Shown in pieces: positions 13,311 to 27,569 of a DNA stretch of 64,000 nucleotides. The stretch is taken from assembly GCF_021869535.1 (NCBI RefSeq), contig NW_026262723.1, positions 83,018,001 through 83,082,000 of the forward strand, in the 5' to 3' direction. The number at the start of each line of letters is the position of its first letter. The stretch's first letter is position 1. Under the pieces are notes generated by a model. The model saw only the letters and a program-made list of their open reading frames with translations, was not told the DNA's origin and searched no databases. The DNA comes from Mytilus californianus. Taxonomy: Eukaryota. Made by a program: the position numbers and the translations under genes.

Positions 13311-14566
13311 TTTTATTGGGATCGTGCACACATTTTTAGAATTAAGCGCGGAAGCGCAAAATGTGCTTCGGTCAACACTTTTACACCCTAATAAAATAAC
13401 AAAAAAAGAAGCTTTCAATTTTTAATTAAATCATTGAACTATGAACAAACTGGTTGACTTCTACTTGATAAAGAAAAGGAAGACGATACCAAGGGGATAA
13501 TTTCAAACCATCAGTCGAAGAAACACATAACATTGATTGATTTTTGTTTACTTAACGTCCAGTGGCAAATATTTCATGCATATTCAGGACGAGAACAAGT
13601 TAACAATAAAGACAATAGGTAGGTCCTGTATTAATAGAGGTCACACAGGATCTACCATAAAACTGTTCCATAGTAGAACAGTTCTCCTGAAAGATCCTTG
13701 TAGATTTTAAGAGAGGTTAAAATTTATCCAAACTATACTGAAGGATGAGGAAAAATACCAGTGGAAATTAATGATGCTGGGTTAGGGCATTTTGAATTGC
13801 TATAAGTCTTCTTAGCACCCCGAAGTTGTCCCAATAACTTTTTTTTCTTTTTTTAACATTCATAAATTCTTTATTGCACTCCTTGCTGTTTTAACAAAAT
13901 ATTTACTGTACAGCATTCCATCAAGTATCCCTGTAACATTTATACTGAATATCCAGGGAGAATATTCAGTAAAACTTATTTTATTTTATAAAACTTAAAC
14001 ATAACGAGACCTTCCAACCTTGATACCTGAGGATTCTTGTGTTTTTCATGATTTCACAAAATAAATCTCTGAAAAGGGCTCCATCCCAAGAAACTGCAAC
14101 CTTGTCCCCTACTAGCAAATTAGAAGTACATGTATAAGAATAACTTCACTAAACTTAAATGTTCAATACAGCTGTTAATATGTAATAGGCAAACAGATTA
14201 ATTGTGTATTGTGAGGCCTGACTCCTAAATGGAGTAGTCACGAGTCACTTTAAAAAACAAATGTGTAATTATAGATTGTAAATTCACCATGTCTAAATTG
14301 GTTTGAGACCTATGTTAATAATATACCTATGTTATCCAGATTATAAGAGAATGCAAAAAAGGAATACAATCATATGCAGCCAATACTAAAACAGGTGCAG
14401 AAATACTAACAGCTCAGATGATACATTATGAGGTAGGTTAACAGGTAAGTGAATATGTGTGTGTCTTTCTTTTTTATTCGACAGTTGGGGTTTTCAGTCT
14501 TTATTTCTCTCGCTTCTATGTATCCTTACAAAAACGCACAAAACCATCCAGATGACCATCATATAA

Positions 14567-17500
14567 CTAGTTTACTGGAACCATTGATGTATTTTCTGTT
14601 ATACCAGTCTCAGCGTAATGCAAGTTTTCTTGGATGGTTTGGTAATGTTGTTCAGGTACCAAGTAACCTTGGTGATCGAGCTGATCTCTTGGTGTATGCG
14701 CATGACGTTCTGTTGAAAGCTGTTGCATATTAGGAGACAGTTCTCTATAACCAGATTCGTTTCCTTCTACATTGACTTCTTCTAAACCAGTATATTCTGA
14801 AAACTCTGTTCCTTGTAACCTTTCATTTACTTTTTGTAACTTTTCTTTATAGAATCTCAATCTATAAAATATGTAAAGATATATTTGTTTATACATGTTC
14901 CCCTATCAATTTAGATTTTTCATCGTATTACTGTGTTAATTAATTTATATGAATTAAACCAAGAATCGCGTCTTTAAACATGATATATTAAATACGACGT
15001 GAACCTTAGGTTTTCTTAAATGGGAAATCATAGCAAAAGTTTCTTAGTTCAGCAAAATAAATCTACGGTCATATATGTCTGGGATATTTTATAGTTTTAA
15101 TTAACCAACATATAGAAAGCTTTAAATGCACCATAGCAAGCATGTTACTGATAATGGTGCTTGTTTGTTTTATGCATCATCTTACTTTTCGGCAATTAGA
15201 TATTCAAATTTGCTGTAAATTGTGATGTAAGCTCTTCATTTACAAATATGTGTGAAATCGTATGCTGAGCCTACTTTTTGTGTTATTACAAAAAATTCCG
15301 GAAATACTTTTATCGCTCTCTATGTTGTCGGTGTCATGTAATTGGCGGTCTTCCAATACAATAGTGACATAGACGCAAATCAACCCTTTCTACCATTTGT
15401 GCTCCCTGTGGCAGCAAATAAATATGAGGCAGGTGCTACCTGAAGAGTTCCCGAAGGGTATTGGTTCATATTTGATTTATTTATCGTCATACTGATATAC
15501 AAATTTGCGGAAAATCGTAACTTCATTGTGCTCCTTTACGATAATTTTTGAAAACTTTCCTAAAGGAACGAAAAACGGATATATACAATATTAGGTCAAT
15601 GTCAGAAAAATATAAACTTTTTTGTACGAGGCTGAGAAACTGGGGAAGGGCGAAGTTTTGTGCCGAATACAAAAAAGTTGATATTTTTCTGACATTGACC
15701 AGAATGCATAAATTAATACATTGACAGCTATCTAAATTGTAACACAAATTTCAAACTTATTTTCATCCCTTAATGAACCCCTGGTTGTGGTAAAAGTGAT
15801 CCATGATGAAATTGACATTGCACAAAATATAGCTGTGTTACTAAATTTAGGAAATAAACACAAATAGTTGCAGTATAAAAAGTTTTATCGAGCGCCGTGT
15901 TGTTGAAGGTCTTTCAGTTCATAGATGGTATGAGAAATAATGACCCATTTATGGTTCCTTCCATAGGTTATTAGAAATGCTTATCCCTCCGAAGTCTGTC
16001 CACAAGGTTACAAGTCTAGGATAATAGGCGTTTCTAGAGGATGAGGTCCGTATTATTTTTTATTGATACTCATTAGTAATCAGATGATATAAGAATTTGT
16101 TGGAAATCGTATACCTTACAACATTGCACCCTCAGTCAACAGCTTGAATGCGCAAGTGCAACTGTTAAAAAAAGTTAACAATTTTGGATCCACTAGTATA
16201 TTGTTTTTTTTATTGATTCTTCTTAATATATGAATAAATTGATTTTCTTACTGTTATAAGGACTACGTCACTTGAGAAATTCAGTTGCTTACTTTTTAAA
16301 TTCAGTCAGATTGGACGAATAAAACGAAGAAGTTCTATGTTTGATTACAAACAATGTTAATATAATTGACAATCATCGTAATATGTTTACTCTCAATTTT
16401 GAATAATTACATTGATTACATGTATGTTTCACGAGAATCCGTTAGTTTGATTGGCTAACAACAATCGCGCGTCATTAAAAAAATGACCTTCATATCAAAA
16501 TGAAGTGCTACAGCCGTGATGACACGTGCTTCTACAAAAAAAGTGCACAGGTTAATAAAAGAAAAACCTGATAAAACTTTTTTTCGTTGTCTTATTAGCA
16601 TAAAAATGTTATTATAAAAAATGAATGTACTTTTGAGTAGAGGAGGGCAAGAAATTTGAAATTTCACCTCAGAAATACCCCATGAGAAGTAATTTGCAAT
16701 TGATATCTTAATTTCGATGTTCAATATTTCATGGCTGCTCATGTTGATGTTTTCGTGTCCTCTATTTCAGTAAGGTCTCTAGACAATATTAGTCACCGGC
16801 AGATTATGTACAAACATATAATATACAATGTACAATAAACATTGACCTGGCTTTCACAAAAATTTTGAACGGAAGCCAATCAAACAAGTTTTAAACTGAC
16901 ATGTTTTTCATTGAAACCCACTGAACTTACCTTCCTAATGTTTTGGAGCTGATCATTATCATCAGAAATATCAATAAAATGATTAGCAAAGCAGCTGCTA
17001 TAATAACTTAAATAGACAAATAAATAAATAAACATCTACAAGTATACTTATTACACTTTATTAATTAAGTTTGTTTTAAAGGAAAACATTATAACCCGTG
17101 TTTCGGGTCTTATACATCCTCGACTTTCAAATATTTGGCTTTGAATATTCGTGATGAAGGTAAATCCAGAAAAGCGTTTCGGACGCAATCAAATTTTAAA
17201 GAGTTATTTTCATTCTTTAAAAAGATACTAAAAAAAAATTAGATTCTTTTAAAAAAAATAGAGAGAATTTATCTTTTCAGTAAAAAGTATTCTATGTTAT
17301 ATGCTAGTGTGAAGCGAGTTTGATGATTTTAATGCATTTTGGTAGGACAATTTAAATACATGAAAAAAAAATAAAATATAATTTGTCAATAACTAAGAAG
17401 GTTAAATGAAAATAATCAGTCTATTCGAAATCAGCTCTATAATTTTAGCAAGAGTTAAGCTGGGACGTAATATTATAATTATATATATAGTCCCAGAGTT

Positions 17501-20500
17501 AAGCAATTAAGGATTAACAATATTATCAATATGACTCATCAGAAAAAGTAATTTCAGATTTTATTAGAAATGTTTTGTCATATAATAGCTGTATTTTGGA
17601 ATCGTATGAAGGTGCTGTATGCATGGCAGGACTGATTCTTACATTGTCGATTCACAATAGTTTAATACATTATGAGAGGCAGTTGATAACGACTGTTTTC
17701 AATCGCATTGTATTCTGTTTTATATTTTGACTAATTAGTTATTAACTGAACATCGTTTGTTATTACTTTTTTTGTTTAAAAGTCATTGGAAACAGTGGGT
17801 GTGTTTTGTAGTTTTTTGTGCGTTTTTTTTTTCCTTAACCCTTTTCATTCTCTCTTCAGATTTACAGTTCTAAATTTCCATTCTTATTTTCAAGCCAATG
17901 TCACGCCGTGCAAGCTATAAATGAAGCAAAGCATGTTATGTACTGATGGTACACATGCATTCATGTAGCTGGGAAATTACCTGATGTAAGAAGTGCTATT
18001 AAAGGATGGTGCGTTATGTCCGATTCACTGCCATTCTTTGAACTTTCCCTTTCTAAATATAAAAGTACTTTAAGTTATGACTCCATATGCATATGCAGTA
18101 CAGTGTCTCCTACAGACTATAACGTTTACATTGGATGAGTTTATACTTATACTGGACAGACATTAATTTGCTAATTCTTTCACAGAACTGTACCTTATCA
18201 ATTTGTTCAGGCATTGCAGTAAAATGGGTGGAAAACTGATATTTCGAAGCAAATTTCTGTTTTCATAGGTCAAATCTCCAACGAAATTTCTTCAACCAGA
18301 ATGACACTTTGTCTTCATCTGTAAGTTTTTGTCATGTAACTGAATACCGAATACCTAATATATTGCTTCATCAAATACAGAAAAAGCAAAAAAAACTTAC
18401 CGGACGGACAAACTGACGTACGGAGTGCAAACCTATAATTCACTTCGATTTCGCCGGTACACTTCTCATGTTGACGTATGCAATTTATTCATAAATTGAT
18501 TTGCCTAGCCGTGCACTGCTTGTTTTCAAAAATTATTAACTCCCCTTAAGAACAAACTAAAAAAGATGAATTCATGTAGAGAAAGGCAGTTCATGTTTCA
18601 TATGTGGCCCCCGTTGTGTTGCATATGACAAGAACAAGTCTAGTAAAAAAAAGTCGCATTACGTGATTTTTAACGAGTAGGGAACGGATTGTGGCTATGT
18701 TTCTGTTTCTATTAATATCTTCTGCCAATCAAGGCACACCTCCTGGAACCTGGAGTACGGTATAAACGTATAAATAAAAACACTGAATATCCTCCACCAA
18801 ATATTTACACCGGATCCATAGGAATATATATACAAGGATAAGGGTTCTTTATCCACACATATAAAATAAGTATTGGTGACCTTCGGCTGTTTTCTGCTCT
18901 TTGGTCGGGTTGTTGTCTCTTTGACACATTCCCCAATTTCCATTCTCAATTTTATGTCTGATCTTAAAATCTAAAAAAATATGGTAAAAGCACACTTTGG
19001 GGATTTGAGTATTGCCACGAGGTGATCTGACCACAATGGAGCATTTACTTATGTTTAACACAACGTTTTCTACCCTTCTTTTTATGAATAATGGTCAACA
19101 ATTCGTACCGTTTATTGTGTAATATATAGATAAGATATCTACTCAGAAGTTCTAAATGAGTATTAATGTCATTAGTAAGTTATTTATGCATGTTATGTGC
19201 TGAGGTGATACAGTAAGCATATGGATTCACTATAACAGTTAGAAGATCTATTTCTACATGACGTATCGAACATATCCGTGCTCATATCTGACATGGATAT
19301 TTCATAACGATCAATTAAAACACGATGGCGTCCGTTCGTAAAACTTTCAAAGAGATTACTTCAACTTTAACATTAGAAACCCACATCTCATTAGCTATCT
19401 TATCTTTTGTCTATAGTAGGAAGCGCAAGCCCTGACTTACTTGCAACTGGGAGATATATGTGTATGACTTGCGCACATCTTTATTTAACATAAATAAAAT
19501 ATCCTTACTTACTTGTTTTGGAACACAGAAAAGGCAAAAGAGTTGAACAGCTTTCTATTGTAAAATATCTGTTCTCAGCATTTGACAATGCAATACAAAA
19601 ATCTCTCTCTACAGCAGTTCCTACAAATATAGTAATTTAAATCCATTATTGAAAATTCAATTTCTTTGTCACTCATTTGTTAAAACATTTAAAGTAATGA
19701 AATATAATTAAAGATCGAGGTCTTTCTTAGTAGAAAGAACTGACGGGACATCAGTTCTAGATGTGCATGACGATGTGCTTGAAGGGAAAAAACGTTGAGT
19801 ACTGAATATGATAAATAAGTAAAAATCTTTATATCACTTAAAATGAAACAATTTTAAACATCTATAAACATGATAATCAAATAAACAACTAATACATTTA
19901 CTTCATTTGATTTCTGGTGGATAGTTGTATCATTGGCAATCATATCATATCTTCGTATGATTATAAGCAAAATAATTAAACAAAAAAAAACCCGATCGAT
20001 AGAATCATTTGTATGTAAATAAAAAAAACTGTTACCTAAAAGAGGAAAAAATCTAGCCTAGTTAACAGCGTTATGGAAATCAGATCAGGAATAACCTGAG
20101 AAATCTGTGAATTGAAAAAATTGCGAATATAACAATTACCAGACGACACGGTATGGGACCTAAAAATCGGAGTCCAGTATATTTCATTTGAATGAGCGTG
20201 ACTTCCGAGAGTGTTTCTGTCATATAGTACAAATACTCCTTCCTTCAAACATTCCTCCTGGTAATCATACCACGATTTCATTGATAACACTGCTGCAAAT
20301 ATAAGGACAATCACTATTTTATCAATTTATCACAATATAAAAATAAGGAAAGGTGGTATGGATGACCATGAAGGACAAAAATGTAAGCACCTACAGGTCA
20401 CAGCCTTTTGATAATGAAGAGGATTTTTTCCAAAGATTTTGAAAAAAAAAGGCGAAAGATACAAAAGGGAAAATTAAACTCATAAGTCGAAAACGAACAG

Positions 20501-23500
20501 ACGATGTCAGGGTAAAAATCCGAAAAACGACCAAGAGACAAACAACAGTATACAAAACACAACATAGAAAAACTAAAGACTGAGAGCAACACGAACCCCA
20601 TGCACCAAAAACCGTGGTTGAAGTTTGATTGTATTTAATTGCTTTCACAATCCAAACCCAGATCTTATTCGATCCGATCGCGACCATTTGTCTCGATATA
20701 CCTAATGACAGCCGTGATTACAAATGCTTGGTTTAGTAGTTTTTTTGTCAACATTCTATATCAAGGAAAATTAATCCTAATAAAGAAATGCAATACCTGA
20801 AATATCGTGTCAACTAAGAATGCTTCTTCAATGTTGCTACATGAAATGTTCACATTAAGATAGTCGTCTCGATTCTACAAAATGTAGGTGTAAGTCAAGG
20901 AGCTTTAGATATGTAGTCATTAATATTGAGATCCTGTGTTTTGTATCTTGGATTAGTAGGTATTATATATTTATGAATTATATGATTATAACAGTTTTGA
21001 TCTTTGAATTCGAAATTCTAGATTTGACTGAGTGATTGAAGTAAGTAAGTAAAATAGCATATGTTTCGGGGGGGGGGGGGGGGGGGGGGGGGAATATACA
21101 AATTAAACCTTACATGATGTGTTTCTGCATCCATATAAATGTTTTTCGTTGCAGTTTCTTACAGTTAAGATTTGATTGTTTTTTTCTGTTGAAAGGCACT
21201 CATTTTCAATATACTTAGATGACAACTGTATATTGGAATCTGCAACAAAAATCAAAATATATTATGCACAAGAACAATATATCAATCTATTTATCTAGCA
21301 CATAAACAGTTTTTAAAGATGAAAATTATTAAATTGAAGTATAATTCTACTTGTGTAGACATAAAATTTTACCTTCAACAAATGCAAATACTAAAGCTGA
21401 CTGTCCATATTGACATGGTGTGTTGGAAGTGTGCGTACATGTCGCCCGACAGTCATTAATATCATCATAGGTTTCAGGTTTGTCAGACAAACAACTGCAC
21501 GTAGAGCTCTTAAAATAGAACAGAACAGTATATACAGAATAATCATTTCACTTGACTTTATCAATCCTTTAAATAAACTTATTCTAAAAGGTTACCTATT
21601 CAACAATGTAATTAAATCTTTGAATATTGTTTTTATTGGCATTAATATTGATTTTGTTATCAGTAAATTTAAACCATACTAAATATTACACATATGTACT
21701 TTCACGGTACTACAATCTGTCGATACTTATAGTTTGGCATTGCACAAGGTCATGTTTTTCTCTGACTGTTAATGACGTCTTTACACTAAATCCATTGGAT
21801 GTTGGATGTGTACTGATTGATATTTTAGTCTTAGATACATGATTTTTTTCATTAGTTGTTATTGGCTTTGAACTAGCTGTCAGTAACTGCGAGTACTCTC
21901 AGATCTGTACTTAGTGTCTTTTCGTTTTTGGGATGTACAAGTACCCGTCAACGTCCACTCTGTGTTTTTGTTAGATGTATTTCTATTTGATGAGTTTTCC
22001 TTTTTCAACTGATTTTTATAGTTTGTTCTTATGTTGTACTGTTACACCACTGTCCCAGGATATGGGGAGGGTTGAGCGCTCACAAACATGTTTAACCCTG
22101 CCACATTCTTTATGTGCCTGACCCAAGTCAGGAGCCTGTAGTTCAGTGGTTGTCGTTGGTTCATGTCTGTCATATTTGTTTTCGTAAATTGGTTTATTAT
22201 AAATTAGGCCGTTAGTTTTCTCAATTGAATTCTTTCATATTTGTCGGGTCCTTTTATAGCCGACCATACGGTATAGGTTTTTCTCATTGTTGAGGGCCGT
22301 ACGGTTGCCTATAATTGCTTACATCAACTTCATTTGAACTTTGGTGGATAGTTGTCTCATTGGCAATCATACCACATCTCCTTATTTTATTTTTTTTATT
22401 TTAGTTGCAATGATTGAATAAAGTAAAGTAGCAAATTCTTAATAAATAAAATTGAGAATGGAAATGGGGAATGTGTCAAAGAGACAACAACCCAACCATA
22501 GAGCAGACAACAGCCTACCAACAACGTTATTATGACGTGACGTTGAAAATATGTATTTTAAGTTCAAGATGATTGTTGCAGTTTGTCATGGGTGTTAAGA
22601 TTTGTTTTTGTTCATGCATGCGACATTCAGTTTTGATGACTGCACATAGACCCACACCATTCGGTTTGTGAACTAGAATATCCGTTGATCTAAACTGGGA
22701 ATAGTATACCGATAATATATTTTGTCCCAGATTTCATTTAAATTTAAACGTAGATTTGTCTGTTGAGAGTATTCTTCGAGGAAAATATTGCTTTTTGCAA
22801 GTTACTTACGCCCATTTTGATGATAAATAATTTGTCGTTATAATATTTCTCTAGTTTATCGTTTTGGTTTATATTTGATATAACTTACCTTCATGACAAA
22901 GTATGTAGAGGATGAATAACCAGAACAATGTCGTAAACAATCTTCAATTGTTTTAATGCTTCTCCCAGAATCAATGGATGAATATCTCCTTCCGCAACCT
23001 GTTATCAAGTATTTACATAAACAACTTGTTTGTGATAAATAAAGGGAGATATAAGAAGGTAGTAATGCCCTTTACCGTCAGGCGTCAAACGGTCATTTTC
23101 GGCTACCGTTAGCGTCAAATTGGTTAAAATTTTTCCGTGATTCGTCAAAATATCCTTATCGTGATTCGTCAGAGGTCTCAAATAATTATTATTAGCGTCA
23201 TTTTTGGAAAAAAATTAACGTTATGCGTCAAAATCAGTCGATTTTTTTATCGTCTAAAAGAAAGTGTACATTTTATCGTCATGCACCAAAAATTACCGTT
23301 AACGTCATTTGGCAAGAATTTTTACCGTTATTCGTCATGAAGGTACCCCCATTACTACCTTCATGTAAGGTATACGTCAATGAGACAGCAAGCCAACCAC
23401 AAAGAATCATTGTGTTATCATGAGACTAAATGTCAAGTTCTTATAAAAATATAAGTGATGAATGATCGTCGATTGGAACTTTTTGGTGGTGAATTTTGAT

Positions 23501-26500
23501 CGAACCTGTCTACGTTTAATAATAAATGTATTTATCACGTACAGCAATCGCAACATATAAACGGCAAACAGGAATTAGGTATCTGACAGATCTGATATCT
23601 TTGCACACCAAACATGAAGTCATTCTGTTTTGTAATTTCTGAGAAAAATGTGACGAAAATAATTTGTCCGACGAACGGATGATTTATACCTTGTATACTG
23701 TGTATTAGTATTATAAAATAGCCGCCACTTTTAGAGTGGGGATAAAATTAGGAATAAAAATAACACAGTACGTTGTGGTTAATTCTATCCTTATGACTCT
23801 GTTTATTACTTTTGCTGAAGTTTTATTTTAAATGTTTGATTTTTTTTCAGCTTTTGACATGGGTATGTTTTCAATGAGACAACTATAAGACACCACATAC
23901 CAAACGGCAAGAATGTAATTGCGTATAACAAGATAAAAATAGATTGCATTGAAGACCCATTGGTGGCCTTCGGCTGTTGTCTGCTCTGTGGTCGGGTTGT
24001 TGTCTCTTTGACACATTCCCCATTTCCATTCTCAATTTTATTCAAGTTGGTTGATTGTTAATGAGAAAACTATCAATCAAAGTATAGACGAATAACGAGT
24101 ATAACTGCAGGTCGACTTATGGCATTAAACAATGAGCTAAACCATGCCCTATAGTTGACTTTAAAAGCCTCTGTGTGATAAAATGTAAAACAATTCAAAT
24201 TAGAAAACAAACGGGCTGATTTATGCTGCAACAATAAACAAAAATGATTATGACAGAATGCAACAAATGACAACCACTGGCCTACATACTATGGGGTTAA
24301 TATAATCGTGAGCCTGCAACCCTCTCCTGACTAGGACAGTGGCGTAACAGCAAAACATTAGAAAAAAAACAGCAAAATCAGGGTTTGTCTTATCAGATTT
24401 GCATTAAGCACCAAAAAAAAACGAACATAAAGACAAATGACAAAAATTGGATGAACCGATTGGGATTCAGAGGAGGGGAGAGTAGAGTAGATATTTTCAT
24501 GTGCTTGCATCAAGTCATGGACGTTGGCAATAATTGTCTTACCTTAATTTTTTTTTTGTTAATTGGAGAATTGGCTGTTAATAGCAGATCTTTTATTGTT
24601 AAATTCATTCACAGCTTTTATAGGCTGGACGATCTAGAGATTGACATATTGTATGGACACCTTGATTGTTTTGTCGCTGTATCGTTGACGTATATCACAC
24701 ATCTCAATTCTCCTTTTTATAGAAGAAAATAAAACATATTGAAGAATATTTCTTATACTCATTTAATTTGTAAATAATAAAGCCACACTTTTAATCAAAT
24801 TCCTGCGAGTGAATAATTAATCAATATCTCCTCAGTAAATCCGTACAACTCTCTATTGTCGAAGATCGTATATTGAACTCTAGATTCCGCTTAGATTTTG
24901 TGTTTTTTTTTTTTTTCTTTTGGTTGCTATCTCGTTAAAGGGGCACTAGCTGTCAAATTCATGTTCACCGATTTGACTCAAATTCTCATATTTGATTTAT
25001 AACAATGTAAAACATTTATCCAAACTATTAAAAGTCTAAAATAAACAGTTAACAGGACATGGGCATGATAACACGTAGCTTCGTTTCGTGTGTATTTTAG
25101 TCTAGACGCCATCTAATTAACTATCGAGTTGACCTCCAAAGTCATCCGATGACCATATAAGCGATGTAAACATAAATAAAGATATAAATAGATTAAGCGA
25201 ACTCGTGCTATTGGATTTTTCTAGGTCTGTTTAATTTCATATTATGGATTAAAAATATATGTTTATCATCGTTTTTACCTGTATAAGAATGATTTTTTGT
25301 GGATCGGATCAGTCAATCAAATGATTTACCTTTGTTTCACTTTCAATGTTGACATTCTTTTCCTTTAAATAACTTTACACATACAATTCACGTGTTATCC
25401 ATCTCTAGCGTAGGGGTTAAATTGAAGTTCACATGAATACGGATTCAATGAGGTCGAATTATTCACTTGCAAGTGAATAATTCATCATCAATGTTTCTTA
25501 GCTTATTTTGACAAAATTGAACCATACTGGCGGCTAAAAGCGAATAATTATTTCACTATTTCACTTTCATTAATGATTGAACAAAAAAAATCATATATTA
25601 TATTTTTTATATATCTCGTAGCTAGTGCCCCTTTAACTTTGACCCAAAATGCCCTATACTTAATACCACAAATGAACTCTCCACAAGAAGAAGACACTGT
25701 AACAAAGGATAATAGCTATATGAAATTAAAACTTGTCTGGTTTGTCATTAATTTTGGTATGAAGATTTCAATCAGAAAATTATAATATCAAGGTCATAAG
25801 AAGGACGACAATCTCAATTAACGATGTTTCTATCAACATTCAGGTTGAACTTTAGAGGGGCACTAGCTGTCAAATTCATGTTCACCGATTTGACTCAAAT
25901 TCTCATATTTGATTTATAACAATGTAAAACATTTATCCAAACTATTTAACGTCTAAAATAAACAATTAACAGGACATGCGCATGATAACACGTAGCTTCG
26001 TTTCGTGTGTATTTTAGTCTAGACGCCATCTAATTAACTATCGAGTTGACCTCCAAAGTCATCCGATGACCATATAAGCGATGTAAACATAAATAAAGAT
26101 ATAAATAGATTAAGCGAACTCGTGCTATTGGATTTTTCTAGGTCTGTTTAATTTCATATTATAGATTAAAAATATATGGTTATCATCGTTTTTACCTGTA
26201 TAAGAATGATTTTTTGTGGATCGGATCAGTCAATCAAATGATTTACCTTTGTTTCACTTTCAATGTTGACATTCTTTTCCTTTAAATAACTTTACACATA
26301 CAATTCACGTGTTATCCATCTCTAGCTAAGGGGTTAAATTGAAGTTCACATGAATACGGATTCAATGAGGTCGAATTATTCACTTGCATGTGAATAATTC
26401 ATCATCAATGTTTCTTAGCTTATTTTGACAAAATTGAACCATACTGGCGGCTTAAAGCGAATAATTATTTCACTATTTCACTTTCATTAATGATTGAACA

Positions 26501-27096
26501 AAAAAAAATCATATATTAGATTTTTTATATATCTCGTAGCTTGTGCCCCTTTGAAGAAAATAAGCATCACTTTTCCGTTTGTATTTTGAATCGTCTATTT
26601 TCTCTATGAAAATTTTGGTAATTGTGGAAACTATACAGCTTCCATGAGATTAATCTATAAATAGTTTTGTAACTTGTGATGTACAAAATAATTTGTTTAA
26701 ATATATCTACCCGTAATTTGTTTTTATTATTTCCTTCATCTTCAAAAGGATATGTCGTGCATTTGAATTTTCAATCCCAAAAATGTTAAATAAGTAAAAT
26801 TAATAATGCAACAAAGTAAGTTAAATAAAGTAAGGCAAAAAGAAAGCAGTCCAAAACTAAAACGAATTTATCATTTGAAATGCTTAGACTTTTGGGATTT
26901 GAGATATAAGTCAAACCTATAAACGCTGCCCATTTTGTGTATTTCACAGTTGTTCCTGTCCAAGCTTTCTCCACTTTATTTATCACCGATGATTCATTGA
27001 ATATATCAATGTTGTTGATGTTGTCTATCCCTGCAAGTGAGCACATCTTGGAACTTGTTGTCCAGTTACTTTCTGGAAGTCCAATGAAGAAAGACC
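14567..27096 (-). CDS. Multi-exon type I membrane receptor: CTL-like N-half, WSC domain, CTL-like C-half, second CTL-like domain, stalk, TM, Tyr-motif tail (signal-peptide exon not fixed)
   Basis: Phase-consistent AG/GT exons: 27096-26917, 22998-22889, 21508-21373, 21239-21114, 20292-20140, 19620-19513, 18052-17981, 17006-16931 (TM VIIAAALLIILLIFLMIMI), 14861-14567 (stop). Splicing gives an open frame of about 417 aa, e.g. WAAFIG|CGRRY..TIEDCLRHCSGY..YFVMK|SSTCSCL..CRATC..PC. Candidate upstream exon 29498-29457. Confidence 0.8.
17145..17186 (+). repeat. Degenerate copy of the variant hammerhead repeat
   Basis: GTGATGAAGGTAAATCCAGAAAAGCGTTTCGGACGC; same family as 8104-8145 but with core C3 mutated and stem I disrupted. 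Confidence 0.65.
23055..23362. mobile_element. 308-bp MITE
   Basis: 13-bp TIRs GAAGGTAGTAATG / CATTACTACCTTC; interior rich in CGTC/TTACCGTT motifs. TSD not resolved. Confidence 0.6.
24939..25632 (+). mobile_element. Kolobok/T2-type non-autonomous element, copy 1 (694 bp)
   Basis: TTAA|AGGGGCACTAGCT...AGCTAGTGCCCCT|TTAA: 13-bp TIR, TTAA on both sides, RR..YY ends. Confidence 0.8.
25856..26550 (+). mobile_element. Kolobok/T2-type non-autonomous element, copy 2 (695 bp)
   Basis: Same orientation as copy 1, about 13 differences (~98% identical), flanks TTAG/TTGA, 223-bp spacer. Confidence 0.8.
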
Positions 27097-27284
27097 CTGC
27101 TTAAAAGTGCAGATTGTCTAATTAAATTAGAATTAGTACAATAGACATTATATACATGTATTCATTATTGTGTAAGTAAGATGAATCAGAATTGTTCAAC
27201 TTCTTCTTTTAGATTGGAATATTTTTCTGAGAGTTGTGTCCCTCTTATCATAGAAAGCTGATTAGAAAAGTCAAATTGGTTGAT

Positions 27285-27405
27285 TAATCGTTGGTGTATT
27301 ATGCCACTTTCAGCACTTTTATATATTTCATGGCTTCCAGATTTTAATGCTGGAAGAGGTCGGGGTACCCGGTGAGAACTACCGACCTTCGACAGAATAA
27401 CTGGG
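27285..27405 (-). mobile_element. SINE fragment
   Basis: Reverse complement resembles the widespread SINE motif GTCGGTGGTTTTCTCCGGGTACTCCGG. Confidence 0.45.
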
Positions 27406-27409
27406 ATTC

Positions 27410-27569
27410 CTAATGAATCATGTACGTAAAATAAAATTTTGGAGTTAATTCAGTAAGAATAGTTAAACGTCGAGGAAATTAATATCATGAATAGAGTTAA
27501 TTTCCTCGACGTTTAACTATTCTTACTGAATTAACTCCAAAATTTTATTTTACGTACATGATTCATTAG
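27410..27569. repeat. Perfect inverted repeat, 73-bp arms with a 14-nt spacer
   Basis: 27410-27482 is the exact reverse complement of 27497-27569. Confidence 0.95.

Noticed and set aside
20795-20875. Possible extra exon NRDDYLNVNISCSNIEEAFL
   Set aside because: Phase 0/0 does not fit between the phase-1 flanking exons.
21068-21092. G25 run as a functional G-quadruplex
   Set aside because: Simple intronic homopolymer; length unreliable and no supporting context.
22540-22725. Open frame with NILSVY and QILT..NCN resembling receptor exons
   Set aside because: No usable splice sites in phase; the exon chain closes without it via 21508-21373. It could be a decayed duplicate exon.
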